Assembly (NCBI GenBank): GCA_964016885.1
Contig: OZ024742.1
Location: 248,744,001-248,808,000, forward strand
From: Eledone cirrhosa
Lineage: Eukaryota
Direction: 5' to 3'
DNA length: 64,000 bases
The notes beneath the pieces were generated by a model. It had not been told where the DNA came from, searched no databases, and saw only the letters and a list, made by a program, of their open reading frames with translations. How positions within the stretch are numbered: position 1 is the stretch's first letter; each line of letters starts with the position of its first letter. Position numbers and translations under genes: made by a program. Positions 1 to 13,369 of this stretch are shown piece by piece.

Positions 1-30
1 TGTATGTTTTCTGATTATATATATATATAT

Positions 31-215
31 ACTTCTACGTTCACAGATTGATTTTTTAGTTTCAGAAGATCCCGGTAGGGGTGAAAGCAGACATTCTTTA
101 CTTACACTTTAATCTGTTATTTTAATAAATATTTGCTCTACTGTTCTTATATATTTGATATATATTTATCGTTATCGAGCCCTCTTTGGATTTTAATCTT
201 CAAATTTATTATTAT

Positions 216-220
<5 letters not shown>
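31..220 (+). mobile_element. Repeat family A copy (non-coding, hammerhead-like motif at 58-108), flanked by (TA)n
   Basis: Matches 55785-55886, 54890-55080 (inverted), 63528-63680, 35779-35895 and 15470-15506. Core reads agttt-cagaaga-tccc..gggt-gaaagcag. Confidence 0.8.
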
Positions 221-262
<42 letters not shown>

Positions 263-306
263 ATATAAAACGAAAAATCAGTGATGCATCTGGACTCAGT
301 TTATTG

Positions 307-396
307 TGTGTTACAATTGCTTCGCCGGCAGATAGCTCGAGACACGATCATTGCATGGATCTGTCTGATTCTAGATCTGCGACTTCTTCGGACACA
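307..396 (-). ncRNA. Degenerate type I hammerhead-like motif
   Basis: Minus strand: tgtgt CCGAAGA a-gtcg-cagat..atctg-c-cggc GAA g-caattg-t A acaca. 5-bp stem I and palindromic stem III, with two core deviations. Confidence 0.4.
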
Positions 397-424
397 TGCA
401 ATACTTCTCGGGAGCTACCATTAA

Positions 425-459
<35 letters not shown>

Positions 460-1179
460 CATTCGGATTACATACCATATATATAGAGTGAGAGAAAGAG
501 AGAGAGAAATATTCTTATTTTCTGACTTGATCATGGTGTTCTGGGCTCCTTGTGGCTCTGGTTCACCTACTCCATCTTGCTATCGGTGTCCTTTGGGCCA
601 TGGACGTAATAGTGGGTGCTCAGTCTCTCCCTGGTCTGGTAGGACAGAAGCTTCTGAGGTCATTTCTATCTAAGTATTCATTACTCACATGAGTCACATC
701 AGAATTTCCAGCTCACTGGTGTTAATCTCTCGTATTTCTGCCATTCCCTCACTGACCATCTCCATGCATTTTGTACAGCAAAATCTACGTCAATGGATGT
801 GTATAGAGCCAGTCAGATCCTCAGATAGGTTGCATCGTTGATTCTGCTGAGGATTCTACTATGCTGTCATACAGCTAGAGATATTGTAAATATGCGGCCT
901 ATGATCATCGAGAGGAGGTAGGAGTTTCTGTAGTTCGGAGTGTATTCAAAACTACATCATTCAGTTCTTAGAACCATATTTCTTCTTCCCCAACACCAGC
1001 AACACCAACACATGTGATCTGTGGAGCTAATATTGCTACTGGAATATAGCGATGGGGAAGGGAGAGAGAAATAAACTGATAGTTAACTCTAGACTTATGA
1101 AACAGTTTGTAATGAATGTAGTTGTGACAGAAAACGTATGTAATAATCGCTGGTTGTGAGAGTCCGAGAGAATAGTAAT

Positions 1180-1342
1180 AACTGTTTCTACTTTTGGCAC
1201 AAGGCCAGCAATGAGCACAGTGTATTACTGGTACTTTATTTTATCGACTCCGTAAGAATGAAAGGCAAAGTTAATCTCGGCGGGATTTGAACTCAGACTA
1301 TAAAGGGCCGTAACTCTTTGCTGCAAAGCATGGCGTCCGACC
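1180..1342 (-). mobile_element. tRNA-derived SINE (main family of this window)
   Basis: B-box gagttcaaatcc, central ttgcctttcat..gtcgataaaataaagtaccag, tail gccttgtgccaaaagtagaaaca. Many copies in the window. Confidence 0.9.
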
Positions 1343-1758
1343 TTAACAATGAGTAATGAGATGATAAACCGCCTAACGAAAAAGAGCCCATAATGTAATG
1401 TGTTTTATGGAGTAAATATTAAACTACATAGGTGGGGGGGGGGGGGGGGGGGCGAAGTAAAATACAGCCAGTGGGATGGCGTTATCTTATGGCTAAAACA
1501 GCACGACGTGCTGTGACCAGCGGCTCCGAATGGACGCCCGACAGACTGTACTTATATATATATTTATATTTATATATGAATTTTATTATTATCCTTTTCT
1601 CGCCTTTAAACATCAATTTGAAACGAAGGACGAGAAAACCTTGTGAGTATATATATATATATATATATTGTATATTTACTCCAATAATTTGTTGAGTGTT
1701 TATATCAGTTATAAAAATATTTTGCTTGTTGTATCCCAACAAATTAAATATAACCTCT

Positions 1759-1800
<42 letters not shown>

Positions 1801-1949
1801 ATTAAAAAAACGGTGAAGTTTCGTTCATATGAAGTTGGTTTTTTATCGTGAATCGACCCGTATGGAGTGCTCATTTTGGTACCACCACCCGTAATTCCCT
1901 GAACCTCATACAGTATATATGTATGTATATATATATATAGATATATATA

Positions 1950-1995
1950 GGAAAATGTATGACCCCGACGGCAGAGCTCAAGCCGTTTCGACGGA
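1950..1995 (-). mobile_element. Family B short remnant inside (TA)n
   Basis: gaccccgacggcagagctcaagccgtttcgacgg matches 53268-53301 and 58713-58746. Confidence 0.8.
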
Positions 1996-2012
1996 TATAT
2001 ATATATATATAT

Positions 2013-2096
<84 letters not shown>

Positions 2097-2799
2097 TGTG
2101 TGTGTGTGTGTTTGTTTGTGTGTATCTATGTGAGTGTTTGCGTGCAAATATATACATAGAAACAGTGAAATGTATAGATAGAGGAAGACTGAAGAGAGAG
2201 AATGTCACACATATGATACTGCATTAGAAACACACGAACTAAACAGAAGCTTAGAAAATGAGAATGCGGAGGCGTTATGAGGTGGAGGGGGGGGAGGCAA
2301 TGAAGAGAAGAGAAAGGGGGAAGACAAAGGTGAGAGGGGAGCAGTGGAAAGGAGAGGGGGTGAAGTGGGGAGGTTAGGATGGAGGAGAGGTGAAGCGAGA
2401 GGAATTACAAACGAAGACATTATTGTAATAAGATGCATATTATCACTAACCTAAGGTGACATGGTACATTAACATGTCCACATAGACTTGTAATGAAGAT
2501 GTCAAACTATAGATAACCCGGAGCAGGGTTCGGTCCCGGGTGGAGTAGATGGTATAATTAAGTCTGTCTTTTCATCATGTATGATGTCTCTGTGTTAATG
2601 TTTTAGTTTCTTGAGATTTGCCAGTGTTAAATAAATACACTGACTGGTTGTTGCTGGTTGGCAAATCATATGTTTATATATATGTGTGTATGTGTGCATG
2701 TGTGTGTGTGTGGATATGTATAATGCGCCTATATATATATAAATATGCGCGTGTGTGTGTACATATATATTTTTTTCTTTATGTGTGTACATTTATATT

Positions 2800-2849
<50 letters not shown>

Positions 2850-3100
2850 GGTTTCTCTTTCTTTGCTTCTATGTTTTAGCACAGAAACATATAATTGCGC
2901 AATGTAACCTTGTATTGTAGACATGTAGAGTGTGCCACATGTTTAATTATGGGTAAAGTAATCAGAGATATTACCCGGACCATATTTTCGTTCAATTCCC
3001 CCTTTGGCCGACTATATATGTCACGTCACTCGATATATTACATGATATACACACACATTCACATACACACACACAAACACTCGCATATATATATATATAC

Positions 3101-3147
<47 letters not shown>

Positions 3148-3179
3148 CATACATATATACATATACATACATATATATA

Positions 3180-3269
<90 letters not shown>

Positions 3270-3539
3270 GTGCGTGTGTGTATATACATATATATTTTAC
3301 TCCACACACATACAGTAAATAAGCATCATTGAAGTATTTCATTTCGAAGAAAGATCAGATCTTATTTGAGAACATTATTGACTGGCGGTTGTTTTAATGA
3401 AAACAACTCAGAAAAGGAATTCATACGAACAACTAGAAAATTAACATCAAAAAGCAAATACTAAGAAATTCAATAATTACAATAACAACAACAATGAAAG
3501 CAACAACCTAACAAAACCCAATGATTATAATAACACTAT

Positions 3540-4010
3540 GTCCCTTTTGGGGTATTGGAGTATAGATTCTTTCGTCACCAGTACTTGACTGTTACTTATT
3601 TTACCGAACCCAGAAGCATGATATGCAAAATTGGCCTCAGCGGGATTTGACCCCAGAACGGCAGAAACAAATACCACAAGGCAATTTGCCTGGCACACTA
3701 ACGATTATGACGATCCACTGCCCTAATAATTGTTTCTACTTTTGTCAAATATCCCAGTGCATTACTGGTACTTTATTTTATCGTCCCCGTAATTATGAAA
3801 GGCAAAGTTAATCTCAGATCGTAAAGGGCCGTAACTCTATGCTACATAGCATGGCGTCTGACTCTCTGCCGATACTGCCAGAATAATGGTTTCGTCTTCA
3901 GGCCCAAGGCCAACAATTACAGAAGGGAAAATCGGTTACATCGACCCCTGTAAGTTACTGGTATTTTATTTTATCACACCTCTGAGGATAAAAGGCAAAG
4001 CATATCTTCG
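3540..4010 (-). mobile_element. Three tandem degenerate or partial SINE copies
   Basis: Repeated ctggtactttattttatc..aaggcaaag..ggatttga motifs at ~3540-3723, 3728-3881 and 3887-4010. Confidence 0.8.
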
Positions 4011-5089
4011 CTACGGGAGGACGCAAGCTCTGTGTTACTTTCGAGTGTTTGTTTGTTTGTATTTGTGTGTGTGTTTATGTTTTATCTGTTTGGGGAGAGG
4101 GAGTGGGAGGAGAGAGGGAGAGAGACAGAATGGAAGGGGAGAGGTAGAGGGAGGGAAGAACTTTCCTCATCTTCACCTTGAGTTGATTCTGCCTTGGTTG
4201 TTATTGCTGCTGCTGCTATTGCTTCTACTGTTGCCGCTGTTAGCGTTGTTTGTCATGGAACGCTGTGGGCAGCAACAGATGTTTGTGCGCCCACCCCCGC
4301 GCCTTATACAGATGAAAGCAAAAGTTTCTCAGACGTGGGGCTTCACAACAAACAAGATAGTGCAACTTTTGCCTTCAATAATCACTTGAATCGCGTAGCC
4401 GTCTGGTAGTTTAAACGTGTCCGGGATATGTTTAGTCATCTAGTTTGATTTGTAGAAGCATCCACACACCAGTCCCAGGATTTTTCTTCCTCTTCGTAAA
4501 TTTCACACCCATGAGGATGATAGGGTCTTCTGCAGCCACGCATCTCAGAAGCTACTATCGGTCCACGTGGCGGGATCCTGGTAACGCGTACGCTTACACT
4601 TCTCGTCGTCATGTAGGAGGGGTACATTACAATTCGATCCGACTTGCAGAGAACCGAGTGTCTGAGATTTGTAGTGCAGCAAGATACTCTCGAATTATTT
4701 GACCCTTGCTATGTGCTCAATGTCATTAATGATGTATGGCAGTGAACCCTCCATTTGAGTTGGGAGGCCATCTCAGCTTTGTGAGATTGTATCGCAATGA
4801 ACTTATATTTCAGAGTTCTCCACACGTGACTGCTATCACGTGAGAGCGGCTTTAACGGGAAGGGGTGTATTTCCTCCATATTTTTGACAAACAAAAATTA
4901 TTTCGAAAAGTTCAAATATTTAGGCCCTCGGCCCAAATATTATGTAGTCGCCTTTTCACAAGGCAACGAATAGTATCGTTTCCACAGTTCGTAACAAAAA
5001 TGTTCAACAAATTTCACTTTAAAACAAATTAACCAGTATACTGGAGCCTATATGAACATGACTAACAAAATAATATTACTAGTAATAAT

Positions 5090-5690
5090 AATTGTTTCTA
5101 CTTTTGGAACAAGGCCAACAATTACCCAGTACATTACTGGTACTTTATTTTATCGATCCCGTAAGGATGAAAGGCAAAGTTAACCTCGGCGGGATTTGAA
5201 CTGTGACCGAAAAGGGACGTAACTATACTGGAAATACTGGAAAGCATGGCGTCCGACTCTCTACCGATACTGCCAATCCTCTTTCTTACATAGGCACAAG
5301 GCCAGTAATTGTTGGGGAAGGGAAAGTCGATTAAATCGACCCCAGTGCGTGACTAGTACTTTATTTTACCGACCCCGTAATATGAAAGGCAAAGTTAACC
5401 TCGGTGGGATTTGAACTCAGATCATAAAGGGCCGTAACTCTATGCTGCAAAGCATTGGCGTCTGACCCTCTACCGATACTGCCAGCCCACCGCCCTCAAT
5501 AATAATTGTTTCTATTTTTGGCACAAGGCCAGCAATTATCCAGTGCATTACTCGTACTTTATTTTATCAACACCGTAATGATGACAGCAAAGTTAACTTC
5601 GGCTGTATTTGAACTCAGAATGGCAAGGGCCGTAACTCTATGCGTCAATGCATGGTGCCCGACCCTCTAACGATACTGCCAATCCACCAC

Positions 5691-5691
<1 letters not shown>
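5090..5691 (-). mobile_element. Head-to-tail trimer of tRNA-derived SINE
   Basis: Three ~190-210-bp units (5090-5280, 5281-5495, 5503-5691), each with A-box-like tggcagtatcgg and B-box (g/c)agttcaaat on the minus strand. Followed by (AAT)n. Confidence 0.9.
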
Positions 5692-5750
<59 letters not shown>

Positions 5751-8700
5751 TAATAATAATAATAATGATAATAATAATAATAACAACAACAACAACTACA
5801 GCAGCGTATTTTAACAATGACACAATGTACTGTATTCCGTTTGTCATTATATTCTGTTTGTTATGAATATTGTATGGAAATTCAATATATGTTTAAGAAG
5901 ACAACGACTCATCAAGAAGACGTACAACTTTTCTTGTTCTTTGTCTTGTAACATCGATCAATAGATCACGTGCCTGAAATTAGAGAAAAATAATTCTCTA
6001 ATTGCAATTATGAAATAGTTTGTCAATGGAAGTATTGAAATTGATAATGCTGTGATTGTGATAATGAACGATTTTAAAACAAAACAATAATTTATTAAAA
6101 TCAATACCATAATTGTTACAGCAATTATAAAATATAGATGACCACAACTAACATATACCATTAGTGGGGGGTGGGGGATTTTCTTGGTGCCGAAGATGTT
6201 GTTTCTTATATTTTTATATGCCAGGTCTGGATGAATTGGGTAGGCCTGGTGACATTTGCACGGCCTCCGTGATCGGTGAGATTTATGCCGTTGATATTTA
6301 GTTTAAATTGCTCCAGATCGATTCCTGAAACTAAGACATGCGCACACAGAGAATTTCACAACATACTGGAGAGGAAAGACTGTGCAGAAGTGTAAGACGT
6401 GGGGTGATGGACACAATATGGTTGATGAGAGTGGGAGAGACGAATGAGATGAGAGTGCCTAAGTGGATATTATACGAGGTCAGCCATATCCGCGTAACTG
6501 AGACCATTGTTGTAATGGTAGAACAGATAGAGACAGCATGTGAAACGCCGAGAGACAAGAGAGTGTATATCAGTGATTTCAAGGCAGTTAGAGGGGCATG
6601 CTATTTGTTTGAAATATTTGATAAATAGCTTTATTCGAAACGTCGACACTGATATCGCACAACGTTCTATGAACTGATTCAAATTTTAAAATGTTACACA
6701 ATATTGTATTTTATTTTCTGGCGGAGGCCATTAGTAATTTCTTCAATTTCTTGGTTTCATGCATTGTTTATATAATTAGTTATTCATTTTTCTTAATGCA
6801 ACTAGAATCATGTGTATGTGGGTGTATGTGTATGTGTGTTAAGGTGTGTACCAACCATATAGAGCCATGTTTTGGAAATGTTTCGTTAGAATAGTGATTA
6901 TAATTCTTATTGGAAACATCAGCTTCATCATCGCCATCATCGTTGTTGTCTTTATTAACCTCATCATCAACATCACCATCATGACTGATATTATCATCAT
7001 CAACTTCTCCACCAATATCATCATCCAGTATTGCTATCTAGAAATATGTCATTAAAGCGTTTCCTGCGAATTGTTTCGTAATTTGTAAAAGAACATCAGC
7101 ATCGTTATTGCTGTTATTGTTGTTGTTTCCACCGCTGCTGCCGTTGTTACTGCTAGTGCTGTAGCTGCTAGTGCTGTTAGTGCTGCTGCTGTTGTTACAG
7201 CTGCTGTCGTTCTTGTTATTGTGTCTAATTTTGGGGTTGATATTGCTGTTGGTTTTGCTGCTGATGCTGCAGTTGTCATTTTCCTGCTGTTGCTGCTGCT
7301 GTTATTTTGCTGCTCTCGTTTATTTTTGCTGTTTATTTCTAAGATGCTAAATATGTTTGTCTTTGGACTTCCTTTTAATTCCTGTTATCGCAAAAATCAA
7401 GCTTCCACCCCTCACCCCCCACAGGTCTAGCTGAATGTTTAGGAAGACAGGGTTACAGTCATATGGGCACGGGTTCGATCTGACACAATAAATTGGCTCA
7501 GATTATTATTTTCAACTGAAGCTTAGTGCTGATATGAATTTTGTGAGCTACACTGGAAGCACGTTAGATGGATGATATCTGGAATTGAACTGGTTTAGTC
7601 AGGTCATGTACTGAGTGTCTCTGTGGATTAGTTTAAAAGTGCACATGTTTGAGAAATACTCAGCCATTTACAATATCATTCAAAGAGTACCTTATTGATT
7701 TAATGGTAGCATTTGCTTCACATGTTTACCTTCGATTCAGTAAGGTTTAGGGTCATGTATCATCAACAGTTTTGTAGCTGTGACCATCCAGCATTTTTAA
7801 TGCTCGGCCAGATTTCATAAAAAAAAACGACATTATGTAACGTATCTTTCCTCTAATTAGACTATAATCGGTGTAGTTGGGAAGGAATCGACTGCTACTT
7901 TGTTGTGCATTAGCGGAGAGATTCGAACGTCATATTAAATGCGTGGATATTTCTTCCGAAGGCGGCGAATTTGCAGATTTGCCATTCATTACTTCGAGAA
8001 CTACCAGTCTAGTCCTGGAGACATTTCTCCCTCTATATCTATTTTTCACTTCTTCTCTATCATATTCTCCAATAGCCTGAAAGAAATCGGCTGTATACAG
8101 ACTTGGAGAAAACTGGTTCGTCCGGGTTTAAAAGCCCAAGACAACTCCCCCACAACTGTATCAGTAGTTACGTGTCCAAACATAACATTGTTTTGAATTC
8201 TAATCTTGCTAAGATCAACTTTGTTTATGCTTCGGTGAGGATAAGAAAACTGTCCACGGTCAGTTGATTGGCAGAATTGTAAATCTATAGGATAGAATGT
8301 TTTACAGTAATAGTTCTGGGTCTGTGTGTTCTAAGTTCACTTAAACACCTACTGTCACTAGAAAAGCGGTAAGGTGCCTGTCACGAGATGAAACCATTAT
8401 ATATTAAAGTAATGGAAATGTTGTTTCCTTAGACCAATCTAATGAACGAATAATATAATTTTTCGGTTAATATTCCGTAGACTTAATACGTTGGTAGTTC
8501 CATTTGACAGAACAGACAATTGTCGTAATCATCGTCGAAAGTGATGAAGGATCCGAATTACTTATTCATTACGTTTACCCACTAAATGCAGCAGAACCTT
8601 GCGGTGCTGATACAATTGAGTGATACGTGCAGATATTTAACTACCAACTGTAACTAGGGAGATAATTTCGGGAGCGATCATTCAATGCAGGCTTCTGACG

Positions 8701-8994
8701 GCAATGACGTATGTTGTTCAGTTATGTTGTTCAGTTATGTAGCAGCAAATGAAATTAAGACGCCATTATATTGCTGTCAGAAAATACTGATTGTGAATTC
8801 CAAACCGAACGCCTTTTTTGTTAAGATGGTGCACAGCTATTTCGAGTGAAATCTCTACACAAATGCTACAACCGCCAATTCCATTTGGTCTTACTTCATA
8901 CTGTTTAAGGAAAAATAAAGAAATTTGAAAAATGTAGAAGAATGAATGAAAGAATGAGTAATAACAACAACAATAACAACATCAACAAAAAACA

Positions 8995-9036
<42 letters not shown>

Positions 9037-9560
9037 CTAATAATAATAATAATTGTAAAAACGGGAAGAAGATAAAAAATAAGATAGAAATATTATCAGA
9101 AGACAAGTGAAGATGAATAAAAGAAATTAAGGGGAACGTCTTGTGTTGGGGAATGTGTCGATTGACTTAAAGAGAGAATATACATAATTTGTTGAATGCT
9201 ATAAGGATAGTAGATGCATGGAGTTAGGTTGTTTCAATAAATTTTTATATCTTCCATTGAGTTCCACGTACGATTTATGCATAATTATGTAACATACTGT
9301 GATAATCCTTTTGTAAAATGTGCATCACCTATTCTACCTTTTTCGATGTATTCTTATCCACCTCACTATCTCTAACTCTGTCTATTCATCTGTCTATCTA
9401 CCTATCTACCTATCTGTCTATCTATACTGCATTCTTTATATGTCATTGTTATTATTTTCTTTGACATTCCTCCTTAGTTATTATATTTGTATTTTTATTT
9501 ATATTTCATTTTTAGTTTCCTTTATTTCTTTTCGGGATATTAAAAATTACTTTTAAGCAA

Positions 9561-9676
<116 letters not shown>

Positions 9677-10180
9677 AAATCACACACACGCGCATATACA
9701 CACGGGTATATAGCAAGTGAGCAACATAAATGCATATATAAAATTATACAATGATACAAAGATAATTTCGCAGTTTCCAACCAGCTTATTCTATATTGCG
9801 AGTTGAGTTTCAGAAGTAAAGTTGATACTCAAAATTAATACAGATTAGTGTCGCAATAACCAGTTAAAATAGACGGTCCAAAAATAATAGATAAATAACT
9901 GAAAATAAAATCCATGTTTGACAGAACAAATAATTACCGTCTCATCGTTTTTATTGTCTCTGAGTTTCTTGGCATGTACCAATGTTTATTGACTGGCTGT
10001 TGCAGCAGAAATCTGAATTTATATTGAATAACGCATTGCACGGGTGGTGGCTGAAGAAGGGGATAGAGGTTTTTGTTCGTTCATCTTACGTTTCCTGTGC
10101 TATATACTACTAGATTAACTCTAGTCGCTCCTTATTTAATTATATATGCATATATATCCATATATATATATATATATGTA

Positions 10181-10230
<50 letters not shown>

Positions 10231-10377
10231 AAAGAATAGAGGTGTAACACACGAGTTATGATATATTGGTAAAAGGAAAAGAAAATGTTGACAAATTGTT
10301 CCCAGTGAAAAATAGTTTAATTAGGGATAAGTAAAAATTAGTAATAGCATTGGTTAGTATTCAGTTTTGGTTTTAAG

Positions 10378-10413
10378 TTTTACCGGTTGCGCATTTCTAA
10401 TGCTTTTCAAAAA
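10378..10413 (-). ncRNA. Minimal hammerhead-like motif with U3:A8 core (degenerate GAA->GCA)
   Basis: ttt TTGAAAA gcat-tagaa-atgc GCA accggt A aaa. Confidence 0.45.
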
Positions 10414-10511
10414 TAATTTTAAGATAGAGCGCCCGTCATGTTTGCTCTAATCTGATTAGTTTTGGAAATTCTATCTGTTTTATGTAAAAAAAGTGGCTCC
10501 AGATGTATGAA

Positions 10512-10555
<44 letters not shown>

Positions 10556-10934
10556 TTATATATATGTATATAAATATATATGGAGAGAGAGGGGAGTAGA
10601 GATAGAGAGAGAGAATGCAAAATCTGAAGGACAGGACAATGTGAAATGGAGGAACTAGAAAATAAGACGAAACAAGATGTATTACCTTATTACTCTAGTT
10701 ATTGATCCGTCCTGGTATTTCAAGATGAAATCCCTTTTTTGTATATAGCAAAGGACAGGTCCGGAATCATAGCACGTATACCGATTCATCAGAACGTTTA
10801 GCGAAATATCAAGACAGATACATAAATAAAATAACACATAACATCTTTCGTCTTATTTTCTTGTTCGTCCATTTCGCATTTTCGTGGCCTTCAAATTTCT
10901 CCATAAGCTAGGCATGAAGCAAATTATATATACA

Positions 10935-11595
10935 CTAGCCGAATTACCCGCGCCTTCCTGCGTTTCACACAATTTTTTTGTAAGAAAATGATGATTGATT
11001 TTAAAACAGTGATATAATTTATGGTGAAAAACTCTGCATTTCAATATTTCTCAATGTAAAATGTTATGCAGGAAAAATTGGAAAATATGATTTTTTGTAA
11101 TATATCAAATCAAAATTACATTATTAAATCTTATTCTTATTTTGTTTCTTGTAAATAATTTTTTTCAAAATATCAATTCAAAATGTTTGTGAATAGGCAT
11201 CATATCTTGTCATTTACCTATGGTTTAAGTTTCATATGAATCGAAGGGAAAAAAATTTTCAGCAGCTGTTTTCACCTCCGGGGAACCCTAATAGTGGGTT
11301 TAACCCCCATTAAGGTGTCTTAATAATATTGAAATTTGCTGAGGTTTTGTGAATAGGCAACATATCTTGTCATTTACCTACGGTTTAAATTTCATATAAA
11401 TTGAAGAGAAAACATTTTCAGCGGGGTTTTGTGCCCCCGGGGAACACTTTGATTTAAATGAAATATACTTATCCAACTACCTTGGGTACTGTAGTTTCAG
11501 AATATATATGGTTATGGGGGTCTATCTCCAAAACCCTACGAGGAGTTCGTGAACAACAAACAAACAGACAGGAACTAGAACTTTATATATATAGA
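10935..11595 (-). mobile_element. Non-autonomous Helitron-type element
   Basis: Minus strand begins A|TCTATATATATAAAG..ctgtctgtttgtttgtt and ends with a GC-rich subterminal segment followed by CTAG|T (A^T target, no TSD). Internal ~110-bp direct repeat at 11186-11287 / 11346-11445. Confidence 0.75.
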
Positions 11596-11596
11596 T

Positions 11597-11756
11597 ATAG
11601 GAAAAGAGTCAGGACCCCGAGGGCTAAGCTGCGGCCTTTACGACAGCTAGATCCGAACTGTTCGGATCTGACTCTTTTATTATATTATTACGCACTCTAC
11701 TACCCTAAGTAACAAGTAATCTGGGGCGTTATGTCCACCTGGTATCTTACCATCTT

Positions 11757-11760
<4 letters not shown>
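11597..11760. mobile_element. Family B element, inverted segment joined to its 3' tail, ending in (TA)n
   Basis: ggaaaagagtcaggaccccg..gatccgaactgttcggatc hairpin, then cactctactaccctaagta..gtccacctggt, which is the reverse complement of 53180-53250 and 58365-58430. Confidence 0.75.
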
Positions 11761-11805
<45 letters not shown>

Positions 11806-11807
11806 CG

Positions 11808-11833
11808 TTGGCAACATGACCCTCCCAAAGTAT

Positions 11834-11840
<7 letters not shown>
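11808..11840 (+). mobile_element. 33-bp solo remnant of the Penelope pLTR terminus between two (TA)n runs
   Basis: ttggcaacatgaccctcccaaagtataacaata is identical to 34065-34097. Confidence 0.85.
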
Positions 11841-11869
<29 letters not shown>

Positions 11870-12303
11870 GAATGTATATATAGTGTATTTTGAAATACAC
11901 TGTATGCTTAATTAAAAGCATTTTGAAGAACTTACACTATTGATTTAAAGTAGTGACTATGTCACTAACTTCTTTTTTCAACAAATAAAGGGAGATAAGC
12001 TGACAGATCTCTGTTTCATACTATTGGTATTCCTCAGAGCTTAGCACTCCCCTTGACTGTTGAAAATTATGAATGTTGGATTCTTATGGAATTCCAGTAA
12101 TAATCAGGAACTGATTATACAGAGCGGTTGCCGGTCCAACAGAAATTGAAAATTACAATTGGTGCTCTGAAATAGCAATATATATATGAATGGATATATA
12201 GTGTATTTGGTAATACACTGTATGCTTAATTTAAAGCATTTTGAAGACTTTAGGCTATTGTTTTAAAGTAGTGACTATGTCACTTACTTCTTTTTTCAAC
12301 AAA
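11870..12303. repeat. ~115-bp direct repeats flanking ~200 bp of unique sequence
   Basis: gaatg.atatatagtgtatt..aatacactgtatgcttaat..aaagtagtgactatgtcact.acttcttttttcaacaaa at ~11870-11985 and ~12188-12303. Confidence 0.85.
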
Positions 12304-12374
12304 CAATATATATGTGTTTGTTTGTGTGTGTGGGGGTGGGTGTACGTGTGTGTGTGTGTGTGTGTGTATGTGTG

Positions 12375-12418
<44 letters not shown>

Positions 12419-12632
12419 AATTTGTATTCTTTTAATATGAAAATTGTTCGAATAATTTGGGTTTATATTACTTTGAGACAGAAAGATATCTACAGCGCCG
12501 CCCGTCTGACATTCACACATGCAATATACCGCTCCACCGCGCTAGCCATTACTCTAAAGAGTCAGTTGACAAGGTTTTCTGTTGTATGAAGCTTTATAAA
12601 ACAGGTGGTATGTATGTAAACGAACTATTCAA

Positions 12633-12806
12633 CAATTTGGGGGAAGGGAAAGTCAATTGAATCGCCCCCACTCATTACTGGTACTTTATTTTATCGACCC
12701 CGTAAAGCTAACCACATTGGGATTTGAAATCAGATCGCAAAGGGGTGTAACCCTAAGCCATAAAGCATGCTGCCCGATGTTCTACCGATACTGCCAATCC
12801 ACCGCC
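12633..12806 (-). mobile_element. SINE copy
   Basis: Same motifs as 5281-5495. Confidence 0.85.
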
Positions 12807-12814
12807 ATTATTTT

Positions 12815-13150
12815 TAGAAATAAGCTGAATGAGAAGAAAAGTGTGAAAGTTAAGAAATAGCAAGAAATCAGGAAACTGGGCAGAATCTGACATGTAGAGG
12901 TGGTATTGATTGTAGTTGGCGCACTAGGATCAGTTAGTAGAAGGTTGGATGCATGTCTTATTTAGCTAGGAATTAGCACCAGGACAGGATTGTTGCAGAA
13001 AACAGTCTTGCTGGGAAAAGCAAGAATTCAAAGAAGCATGATGGAAAGTTGAAGGGGGAGGAATGATCCAAAGAACCTTTAGCCATTGGCTATGGCGCGC
13101 TCTTTTGGTATAGTGTCAGTATATCATCTGCCAGGACAAAAACGTTACGA
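12815..13150 (+). mobile_element. 3' remnant of R4/Dong-like non-LTR retrotransposon (restriction-like endonuclease end)
   Basis: Translates to ..VVLIVVGALGSVSRRLD..LLQKTVLLGKARI.. with stops. Confidence 0.6.
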
Positions 13151-13155
13151 ATAAC

Positions 13156-13347
13156 AATTGTTTCTACTTTTGGCATAAGGCCGGCAATTATCCCAGTACA
13201 TTACTGATACTTTATTTTCTCGACCCCGTAAGGTTGAAAGTCAAAGTTAACCTTGACGGGATTTTGAACTCAGACCGTAAAGGGGTGTAACTCTATGCTG
13301 CAAAGCATGGCATCCGACCCTCTACCAATACTGCCAATCCACCGCCC
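13156..13347 (-). mobile_element. Full-length SINE copy
   Basis: A/B boxes, core and tail as in the other copies. Confidence 0.9.
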
Positions 13348-13369
13348 TACGAATAATAATTGTTTCTAC

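Noticed and set aside
3886-4702. ORFs with a Leu-rich signal-peptide-like stretch and an adjacent GC-richer segment
   Set aside because: The Leu run comes from (GCT/GTT)n repeats, the ORF starts in a SINE, and no convincing domain motif is present.
5090-5691. tRNA genes suggested by A/B boxes
   Set aside because: There is no cloverleaf; the boxes are SINE heads followed by core and tail sequence.
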